Shown here: piece after piece, positions 56,969-64,000 of the stretch | Layout of the letters: the number at the start of each line of letters is the position of its first letter | Position numbering within the stretch: the stretch's first letter is position 1 | DNA from: a virus | Strand: one strand, 5' to 3' | IMG/VR virus record: IMGVR_UViG_3300007512_001547 | Span: 73,584 to 137,583 of that record | Length of the DNA stretch: 64,000 nt | Made by a program: the position numbers and the translations under genes | Notes under the pieces: model-generated | Database searches by the model: none | Told to the model about the DNA's origin: nothing | The model's input: the letters and a program-made list of their open reading frames with translations, nothing else

Positions 56969-57148
56969 TTAGTTAGATGCGTTATCTCTAACTTCAATCA
57001 ACCAACTTACATCACCAACTAATTTAATCAAAATATTTGCAAAATATGGATCCAGTTTTCCTTGAACATATGCCTGTTCATGATCATCCCAAATATCTTT
57101 TGTATCAATTGTATTAATAAAATCTGCTACTTCCTGTTTTGTTGCCAT
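56969..57148 (-). CDS. 59-aa hypothetical protein (not in ORF track)
   Basis: MATKQEVADFINTIDTKDIWDDHEQAYVQGKLDPYFANILIKLVGDVSWLIEVRDNASN; SD AAGGAG and TAAATA upstream. Confidence 0.8.
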   Translation of the reverse strand: MATKQEVADFINTIDTKDIWDDHEQAYVQGKLDPYFANILIKLVGDVSWLIEVRDNASN

Positions 57149-57174
57149 TTAAATGTTCTCCTTATGGTTATTTA

Positions 57175-57642
57175 TTAGTCTTTACGTTGCTTCTTGAATT
57201 GCTCATCATCTGAAATCCAGTGTAAATCTTTAGAATAATTACCATCTAAATCACGTAAAAACGTCTTAACATTGGTTTCTGTAAGTATCATATTGTGGAA
57301 TTTAACATATCTTTTATGCAACTCTCTTTCTTTAGTTGCGGTATAAACTAGTTTCATTCCTTTAGATTTTGCAAGTTCTATTATAGCATCAATGCACATT
57401 TTTAAGGCTTTATGTACATCTCTCTTATTTGTACTTTTATCTGCTACAATCCATTCCATAAAAGCAAACTGTGTTCCTACTCCTATATATAATCCACCTG
57501 CACATATAGGCTTGCCGTCTATTTCAACTATAATTCCATCTGGTGGAAGACATTCTTTTGGAACTGTTCCAAACTTCCACTCATTCCACCATTTTACCAG
57601 AATTGAATAATCCTTGTCCAAAATCCATTTTCTATATTTCAT
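57175..57642 (-). CDS. GNAT-like hypothetical protein
   Basis: LPPDG.IVE.DG.PICAGGLY...AFMEWIV...AK.KG.K.VY topology typical of phage GNAT-fold proteins in tail modules. Confidence 0.6.
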   Translation of the reverse strand: MKYRKWILDKDYSILVKWWNEWKFGTVPKECLPPDGIIVEIDGKPICAGGLYIGVGTQFAFMEWIVADKSTNKRDVHKALKMCIDAIIELAKSKGMKLVYTATKERELHKRYVKFHNMILTETNVKTFLRDLDGNYSKDLHWISDDEQFKKQRKD

Positions 57643-57656
57643 TATAAACTATTTTA

Positions 57657-59252
57657 TTATTTTTTATTGATAAAATCAACAACTTCTTCGTCTAATGCGT
57701 CTGAATGTTCTCTATACTCGTTAAAGTATTTTTCCCCTAGTTTTTGTAAACCTATTTTTTCATTTACTTCAAAATAATCTGTGAACAATATTTTGTTTAT
57801 TAGTATTCTTCTATTTTCACAGCCAAAAATGTAAACTACATGATCACCAGTTCCTAAAGATTTACCAATTTCACTATCTCTAACTCTAACCCATTTATTA
57901 TTTTCTTTTACCATATGAGAACCTGCTACTTTAATACCATTATAATCATATAAATTATTAATTAAAAATTTACCTGTAGCAAATACAAAACCACCTATAG
58001 CAACTTTATCTTTTAATTTAATTTCTTCAATTGGTTTAGTACTACCATCCTCCATTGTAATAAGTGTACCTTCTAAGAAACAACCATCATCTCTTCCTGC
58101 ATTGGAAAAGTTGTTACCTGCTAATCCAGTTGCCATATGAGGATTTATATCTCTTGGTCTTGGTACGAATGGTTTACCTTCGCCTGGTTGGTTAGGTGCA
58201 CTTATTGGAATTGTATGGACAGTTGGAACTCCTCCTGTTCCTAGAGTTCCTGATGTTACACCTCCATCACTGTTTCCAAATCCTGCGGCAAGTGATGAGA
58301 ATAAAATATCAACAGTCCAAATTGCTTTCCACGCTCCACTTACTTTAGTATATCCACCAAGTAATCTTTTCCATACACCTGATACTTTAGTGTATATTGC
58401 TGTCATATTTTTCCATGTACCTGAAACTTTATGTTTTCCTTCAGCAGGTATAGTAAAAATTAAAACTGCTTTTCCGTTTCCACCTGCTTGTGATTCTGCT
58501 CCGCCTTCTGCTATGCCTGATGAATAATATGCGTTTCCTGTTCCACCTGGTACTTTACCTGAACCATTGTCTTCTGAGCCTCCACTTGGTACAAGATTTG
58601 ATCCAGAATATCCTGAATTTCCTCCAGCGTCACCATAGGCCCCTGATCCACCTTTTCCACCATCGGCTCCACCGCCTCCAGCTCCACCGCCGCCACCATC
58701 TCCTGCGTGGTCTGCGCCATTTTCTCCTAATGAATCTGGAGAATTTCCTGTTGCTGAATTTGTATTAATACCTGCACCTCCTCTGGAATATGATCCACCA
58801 CCTCCAGAACCAGCACCACCGCCTGCAATAGCTAATTCAATATTGTTTACTGATTGTCCACTTTCAAATAATGTTACTGTTGTGGCACCACCTCCGCCAC
58901 CTCCAGAACCTGAAGCACCGATTGAGCCTGAACTTCCACCTACTCCTCCAGAATAGCCAGTTACACTTTGTCCATTTTTTCCACCTTCAGCTTCTTGGCC
59001 TGACTGTCCACCAGCTCCACCGCCACCTACCGCGACACACATTTTTTTAACACCATCATATGCTGTCATATCTAAACTTGTTTTTGATACAAAATGTCCT
59101 GCGGCCGCGTCTGCTCCTGGGCCTGTTGCGTCTGATCCGCCAGAACCTCCAGCACCTCCCCATAGATAAAGAGTGAGTGCAGTAACTCCTATTGGTACAT
59201 CTGCTATTTGAAGTGTTCCTGAATAATTGAATTCTTTTATGACCGTTGCCAT
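57657..59252 (-). CDS. Glycine-rich tail/fibre protein with a C-terminal Hint (Hedgehog/intein-like) domain
   Basis: LWGGAGG and GGGGGG-rich N-region; from Cys391 CFLEGTLITMEDGSTKPIEEI...V.GSH.V...VY...FTDYFE. Confidence 0.82.
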   Translation of the reverse strand: MATVIKEFNYSGTLQIADVPIGVTALTLYLWGGAGGSGGSDATGPGADAAAGHFVSKTSLDMTAYDGVKKMCVAVGGGGAGGQSGQEAEGGKNGQSVTGYSGGVGGSSGSIGASGSGGGGGGATTVTLFESGQSVNNIELAIAGGGAGSGGGGSYSRGGAGINTNSATGNSPDSLGENGADHAGDGGGGGAGGGGADGGKGGSGAYGDAGGNSGYSGSNLVPSGGSEDNGSGKVPGGTGNAYYSSGIAEGGAESQAGGNGKAVLIFTIPAEGKHKVSGTWKNMTAIYTKVSGVWKRLLGGYTKVSGAWKAIWTVDILFSSLAAGFGNSDGGVTSGTLGTGGVPTVHTIPISAPNQPGEGKPFVPRPRDINPHMATGLAGNNFSNAGRDDGCFLEGTLITMEDGSTKPIEEIKLKDKVAIGGFVFATGKFLINNLYDYNGIKVAGSHMVKENNKWVRVRDSEIGKSLGTGDHVVYIFGCENRRILINKILFTDYFEVNEKIGLQKLGEKYFNEYREHSDALDEEVVDFINKK

Positions 59253-59256
59253 GGGA

Positions 59257-60648
59257 TTATGCCTCCCTTACAAACCAAAAGTCTCCGTCTGAGCCATCAC
59301 CTGAAGTTGGTGCACTAGTTGAAACAGTTTTTAGTGATCCGCCCCATTTTGTACTTAAAGTCGCACATGCACCAATAGTAGGTACATTTAAATTTGATGT
59401 ATCAGTATATGTAATAGCCGTAACTGCCGCCAATGTTGCTGTTGTAACTTTAACGTTACCGGCCGCTGATGTTTTTAATACTTTTTCTTTTGAAGCATTA
59501 CCATCTGCAACTGCATCTGCTAATCTAATAACTTGTGAATATGAAGCGCCTTGTCCTGCGGCAAAATAATTTTCAGATACATCATAAAATAATCTTGCGT
59601 CATCGGTATCACCAGTTTCAACAATTAATCCTGCATCTGCTTCTGCGTTACCTGTGTTTACTTTAATAAATGCATCATCATAAGTTGATACATTTGATGT
59701 TGTAGAATTATATTCTCCAGAAATATTTAAATTACCTGTGATTGTTACATCACCAGTAATTGCTACTGCACCTGTACTACCTGTAAATGCTAAAGGAGTC
59801 TTTGTTACTCCTCCATCATTAATTGTAAAACTTAAATTTTTATCTTGTGAAGTTTGTGCAACTGTTACATGATTGCTTGAAACTGTTACTGTTAATTCTT
59901 GTGCGTCACCTACTATTAATCCTGTGTCTGTATCAATTGTTAATGCACCTGTTGTTGTATCTGCCGCATCTGCTCTTAAAAAGTTTCCACCTGCAATAAC
60001 TGTACCTGAAGTATTTGATGTACTTGATACGTCAAGTGCTGTTGCTGAAGTTGTTGTTCCTTCAAATACTGCACCCAAAGTTGAATTTAAAGTAATACCT
60101 GCTTTAATTGAAGCAAATCCTGTTTGTGATACTGACGGTGTAAATGTTTCTTTTGATAAAATTGCTACTCTAGTATTTCCTGCATACATTGAAGAAACAA
60201 CTTTGTTTCCACCTGCACTTGCAAGTGTTTCAACTTTCCATCCTGATAATGTTTGTGTTGATGAATAAACTGGTCCTGCTAACAACCATGCTGATCCAGT
60301 ATAAAGATACAACTGATCATCATCAGAGTCAATCCAAAGATCTCCTGCTGAAGCAGAAGTTGGTGCTGTTGCTTGTGATTTTGCACTACCTGATGGTTTA
60401 AAACTTGTTCCATTATAAACTTTTAATTGACTTGTGTTTGCATCAAACCATAACTCACCTTTTAAAGGTGCTGTTGGTGCTGATGTTGAACTTGAACTCT
60501 CTAATAATTTAACAAGGTTTTCATTTAATGCTTCACCAAATCCTGAATAACTTTTTCCAAAAAGTTGTAAAGTTGTTGTACTATTAACTGTACCGTCTGT
60601 TATTGTAGCTACTACTGAGCCATCTGTTTTATTAATTGTGTATGCCAT
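59257..60648 (-). CDS. Tail fibre/baseplate-associated protein (paralog family)
   Basis: MAYTINKTDG...GKSYSGFGEALNENLVKLLE...GELWFD; C-terminal STSAPTSGDGSDGDFWF; TAAATA 7 nt upstream. Confidence 0.8.
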   Translation of the reverse strand: MAYTINKTDGSVVATITDGTVNSTTTLQLFGKSYSGFGEALNENLVKLLESSSSTSAPTAPLKGELWFDANTSQLKVYNGTSFKPSGSAKSQATAPTSASAGDLWIDSDDDQLYLYTGSAWLLAGPVYSSTQTLSGWKVETLASAGGNKVVSSMYAGNTRVAILSKETFTPSVSQTGFASIKAGITLNSTLGAVFEGTTTSATALDVSSTSNTSGTVIAGGNFLRADAADTTTGALTIDTDTGLIVGDAQELTVTVSSNHVTVAQTSQDKNLSFTINDGGVTKTPLAFTGSTGAVAITGDVTITGNLNISGEYNSTTSNVSTYDDAFIKVNTGNAEADAGLIVETGDTDDARLFYDVSENYFAAGQGASYSQVIRLADAVADGNASKEKVLKTSAAGNVKVTTATLAAVTAITYTDTSNLNVPTIGACATLSTKWGGSLKTVSTSAPTSGDGSDGDFWFVREA

Positions 60649-60679
60649 ATACCATTATTTATTTGTTCTGCACTCCTTA

Positions 60680-62176
60680 TTAACCTGTGCTAATTTTTAA
60701 ATCTCCTGAACTATTCCATAACTGACCAGCATTTGATGGGTCAGAAGTAGGTAAACTACTCATCATAACCACTGCACCAGTAACTGTTAGTCCGTCGTTT
60801 ACAGTAACCTGACTAGAATCATCTGATGCTATATTGTTTACATTTAAAGTCTCATTAATTTTTATTGCACTTGAATCATCTGAACTAATAGTTGTTCCAT
60901 TTACTCTCAATGCACCTAAAATTAAATGACCTGTGCCTGAAGGAGAAATAACTAAATCTTCGTTTGATCTACGTCCTGAAATATTATTTTGTGTAATTGA
61001 TACTCCGTCTGTTGTTATTGTAGTACTGGCAACAGTATCTACGTATGCGTTTGCAAACGTTGTTGCAACTGCACCTAGATTATATGTTGAACCTGTACTT
61101 GGTAAAATTATTTGTGATGTTAATGTGCCTGATAAAGTACCTCCAGATAATAATAAGTTTAAACTTGATGAACCTGTTACGGTTCCTGTTACATCTCCAG
61201 TTACGTTTCCTGTAACTGCTCCTGTAATTGGACCAGTAAAAGCAGTTGCATTTACAGTACCAGTTACATCTAATTTTGTAGTTGGTGTTGTTGTTCCTAT
61301 TCCAACTCTTGATTCTGATCCATCAATAGACATTACAGTTGTTGTAGTTCCACCATCATTAACTTTAAAAGTAATATCTGTATTTGAAACTGTGTTTGCT
61401 ATAATTACACCACCAGAATCAACTGTAAGTGATAAGTCACTATCTCCACCAATTACAACACCTCCATCATTGGCTACTGTAATTGTGCCTGACGTTGTAT
61501 CATTTGCATTTGATCTCAAATAATTTGCCGCCGCTACTCCACCTAATGCATCTGAATCAGTTGCTGTTCCTTGAAATTTTGTATCTGTATCTGCTGTTGT
61601 TAATGTTATTCCTTTTTTAATTGAAGCAAATCCTGTTATAGCCGCTTTTGGTGTAAACGCAGTTTCATCAGAAACTATTGCAACTAATGTTCCATCGTTA
61701 TACCATTTTGTAATATTTTTAGAAGCATCAGTTGAATCTAAAATTGTATCGTAAACAAATCCTTGACTTGTTCCTGTTGCTGATGGTGGACCTACCAAAA
61801 CACTTGCTGAGCCATCATAAAAATAAAGTTGTTTTGTATCTGAGTCAACCCACATATCTCCCGAAGTTAACGTAGTAGGTGCTGATGCTTGATATGGCAC
61901 AGTACCACCTGCAGGAATAAAAGCTGATCCATTATAAACTTTTAAACTTGTATTTGTACTATCCCACCAAAGTTGTCCAATAATTGGTTTTGTAGGTGCT
62001 GTTGTATTTGAAAAATTTTCCATTAGGTGTAGGAAATTTTCTGCAATTACTTCTCCATAACCTGCATAACCTTTTCCAAGTAAACTTAAATCGGTCTGTG
62101 TATTAACTACACCATCTTGCACCGTATAAGAATTTGGTGATGCTGAACTATTTGTTTTGTTTACAGTATATGGCAT
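60680..62176 (-). CDS. Tail fibre/baseplate-associated protein (paralog family)
   Basis: MPYTVNK...GKGYAGYGE..AENFLHLMENF...GQLWWD; C-terminal LPTSDPSNAGQLWN. Confidence 0.8.
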   Translation of the reverse strand: MPYTVNKTNSSASPNSYTVQDGVVNTQTDLSLLGKGYAGYGEVIAENFLHLMENFSNTTAPTKPIIGQLWWDSTNTSLKVYNGSAFIPAGGTVPYQASAPTTLTSGDMWVDSDTKQLYFYDGSASVLVGPPSATGTSQGFVYDTILDSTDASKNITKWYNDGTLVAIVSDETAFTPKAAITGFASIKKGITLTTADTDTKFQGTATDSDALGGVAAANYLRSNANDTTSGTITVANDGGVVIGGDSDLSLTVDSGGVIIANTVSNTDITFKVNDGGTTTTVMSIDGSESRVGIGTTTPTTKLDVTGTVNATAFTGPITGAVTGNVTGDVTGTVTGSSSLNLLLSGGTLSGTLTSQIILPSTGSTYNLGAVATTFANAYVDTVASTTITTDGVSITQNNISGRRSNEDLVISPSGTGHLILGALRVNGTTISSDDSSAIKINETLNVNNIASDDSSQVTVNDGLTVTGAVVMMSSLPTSDPSNAGQLWNSSGDLKISTG

Positions 62177-62179
62177 TTA

Positions 62180-62905
62180 TTAATATCCTGTGTTACCACC
62201 CGAAGTTGTTCCACTTACAGTATTTGATGTTGATAATGCAGTTGAACTTGTTTCAGTAAATGTTGTTAAACTTTGTATTCTTAATGTATAATCAATTTGA
62301 ATTAATCTGTTTAATGATTTTTGTACTGGGTGGAATATAACGTGTGTTAATAATTTATTTGTACTTCCGTTTTCCGTTCCTTCCCAACTTTTTAATCCTA
62401 ATTCATCAAACACATAATCTCCATTAAAATTTGTTGTGTTATCAAAAGCCTCTTGTCCTGTTGGCTCACCATAATCTAAAGTACAAGTACAAACAATGTC
62501 AGTATACTTGTTACCTGCTGTATGTCGTACTTCCATTTTGTTTCTTGTTGTATCTTTATTTGTAGATGAATTATCATCTATTACTTTATAATATGTTTGA
62601 TTGTAAAGTGTAGAATTTGTACCTGTTGAATTTGGCGTTAGATAAGTTATAATTCCTGTTGGATCGACAGATGTTCCACCATTACCAAATGCCATTTCAT
62701 GTACGAAACCTGTTGTTTTATTTGACAAACTGTTTGACAAACTTTGAGACATATTTTCGTAATGAATAGCATTACTTTTATCTACTATTACTTCGCCTGT
62801 CTCTGGATCAAATATTTTGATATGTCCAGTCATCATTACTCCACTATGATCTTGTGGCTTTTTAGTCTCTTCTTTATGTTCGTTTTGTTTATTTTCTTCA
62901 GTCAT
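62180..62905 (-). CDS. Virion structural protein (baseplate-like)
   Basis: GHIKIFDP...NAIH, MAFGNGG, FDELGL, LLTHVIFHPVQKSLNR.IQIDYT; TAAATA 7 nt upstream. Confidence 0.72.
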   Translation of the reverse strand: MTEENKQNEHKEETKKPQDHSGVMMTGHIKIFDPETGEVIVDKSNAIHYENMSQSLSNSLSNKTTGFVHEMAFGNGGTSVDPTGIITYLTPNSTGTNSTLYNQTYYKVIDDNSSTNKDTTRNKMEVRHTAGNKYTDIVCTCTLDYGEPTGQEAFDNTTNFNGDYVFDELGLKSWEGTENGSTNKLLTHVIFHPVQKSLNRLIQIDYTLRIQSLTTFTETSSTALSTSNTVSGTTSGGNTGY

Positions 62906-62915
62906 CCTAGTGTAT

Positions 62916-64000
62916 TTATTCAGGTGCGTTTGTTGGTTCTCCTGCTATGAATTTAGCCTGTTGAGTAGTCGAGGCTTGTAATCCTTTGCCGTTTGAAGGA
63001 TTGCCATCTGCCGCAGTGTACCATACCTGTCCTTTCTTATGTAATATTTTAATTTGTGTTCCGTCTGCTGGTGGAGTAACATGTAAAGTAACGTTCAGTT
63101 CTAAAGTATATTGGTTAATATCGTCTCCAGTCCATCCGCAAACATACAGTTTAGTTCCACCATCTCCAAAGCAGAAACCTCTTGGTTTAGTCTCTTGATC
63201 ATATACAGCAAACGATTTATTTGAATAAGATGCTGTTGAAACGTCCCAGGCAGTTGCTAATCTATATTGATATATTTCTGGAAGACCAGTTCCGTTTAAA
63301 ACATACATTGTAGTTCCATCTGAATCAAATTGTACTGATGATGGTTTTGCACTTCCGACTGGTAAACTATAAGCATCAACAAAAGTTGCTGTTGAAACAT
63401 CAAAACCTGTGCTTAATGTATATTCATTTATATCATCACCTAGCCAACCAGTAACAAACATCTTGGTTCCGTCATTACTAAATGCCAAACCATAAGGCGA
63501 CGCCTCTTGAGACCCTACACTAAAACTATGTGTATAGGAAGCCGTTGAAAGATCAAATCCTGTAGTTAATGCATATTCATCAACCTGATCTTGACCTTGA
63601 CCTAACACAAATAGTTTAGTTCCGTCTGTATTAAATTCTATACTATTTGCCGCATTGTCTCCTGCATCAGATACTTCACTGATATCTAACTTGTATACAA
63701 AACTTATTGTTGAAACGTCCCAGGCAGTTGATGCTGAATATTCATAAACTCCATCGTTGGCTCTGCCTAACATAAACATTTTAGTTCCGTCATTGTTCCA
63801 CTTAACATCTCTTACGTCGTTATCTTGTGAATTCAAAGAGGCAGAAACTTTGCTAAATGATGCTTTTGAAATATCTGTATCATCGCCGCCTATAGAGTAA
63901 TTTATAGTAGAACCGTCCTCGCTCGTCAACAACAATCGTTGGCCACCAATGAATATGTCTAATTGACGAGCGTCGGTCGGTGCTTGTGATAAAGCAAACG
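62916..64000 (-). CDS. C-terminal part of a large structural protein containing a beta-propeller; start lies outside the window
   Basis: Frame stays open to the window edge (FALSQAPTDARQLDIFIGGQRLLLTSEDG...); five repeats of (G/S)xxF/WxxDGTK(M/L)(F/Y)V, most followed by Y.L.T(A/G)(W/F)D(V/L)ST. Confidence 0.8.
   Translation of the reverse strand, partial: FALSQAPTDARQLDIFIGGQRLLLTSEDGSTINYSIGGDDTDISKASFSKVSASLNSQDNDVRDVKWNNDGTKMFMLGRANDGVYEYSASTAWDVSTISFVYKLDISEVSDAGDNAANSIEFNTDGTKLFVLGQGQDQVDEYALTTGFDLSTASYTHSFSVGSQEASPYGLAFSNDGTKMFVTGWLGDDINEYTLSTGFDVSTATFVDAYSLPVGSAKPSSVQFDSDGTTMYVLNGTGLPEIYQYRLATAWDVSTASYSNKSFAVYDQETKPRGFCFGDGGTKLYVCGWTGDDINQYTLELNVTLHVTPPADGTQIKILHKKGQVWYTAADGNPSNGKGLQASTTQQAKFIAGEPTNAPE

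Noticed and set aside
56955-56969. (AT)n tract just upstream of the fibre gene start as a phase-variation switch
   Set aside because: It is short, outside the coding frame and plausible by chance in AT-rich DNA; no read data to show slippage.
57657-58082. Mobile splicing intein
   Set aside because: It is terminal, lacks His-Asn and a C-extein nucleophile and has no endonuclease; treated as a domesticated Hint domain.
476-63198. Many short ORFs antisense to, or out of frame within, long genes (e.g. 3243-3593, 6490-6921, 15613-15978, 55945-56289, 60933-61523)
   Set aside because: They are fully nested in well-supported genes, lack SD or promoter signals and have the composition of shadow frames.
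1-64000. tRNA, rRNA, CRISPR array, integrase or transposase
   Set aside because: Intergenic gaps are nearly all under 80 bp and are occupied by promoters; no cloverleaf, regular repeat-spacer array or recombinase motif was seen.
1-64000. Bacterial chromosomal LPS/capsule locus instead of a phage
   Set aside because: The sugar genes are embedded among PolB, DsbA-like, RNase H-like, tail-fibre and baseplate genes and T4-like late promoters, with no flippase, polymerase or housekeeping genes.

Overview
AT-rich (roughly 30% GC by eye), very densely coded segment of a large dsDNA myophage (jumbo/T4-like superfamily, probably marine; host possibly an alphaproteobacterium, which is inference). The + strand (1-40267) carries putative head/internal proteins, a DsbA-like DNA-binding protein, family B DNA polymerase, a clamp-like protein, a scattered 7-deazaguanine pathway (TGT/DpdA-like transglycosylase, T-fold protein with LxxxHRHxF, FolE, atypical QueE; no QueC in the window), GMP reductase, a purine PRTase, peroxiredoxin, an amidinotransferase, a 5'-3' exonuclease, a MoxR-AAA/vWA pair and an amino-sugar cluster. 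The - strand (40233-64000) carries tail/baseplate genes followed by a tightly coupled ~14 kb operon of GT-A glycosyltransferases, five tandem radical SAM genes, an SGNH hydrolase and a carbamoyltransferase. Most striking: ten paralogous radical SAM proteins with an N-terminal twitch (half-SPASM) Cys domain, five tandem in the glyco operon next to the tail genes and five inserted singly among core genes. This points to an uncharacterised phage-encoded glycan (virion or DNA) tailoring system. Also seen directly: a gene flanked by a 19-bp junction duplication, a tandem paralog pair with near-identical ends and a divergent core, two promoter classes that predict leaderless mRNAs, a Hint-domain tail protein and three micro-ORFs missed by the ORF track. 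No tRNA, rRNA, CRISPR array, integrase or transposase was recognised. All family assignments come from motif recognition, not from database searches.
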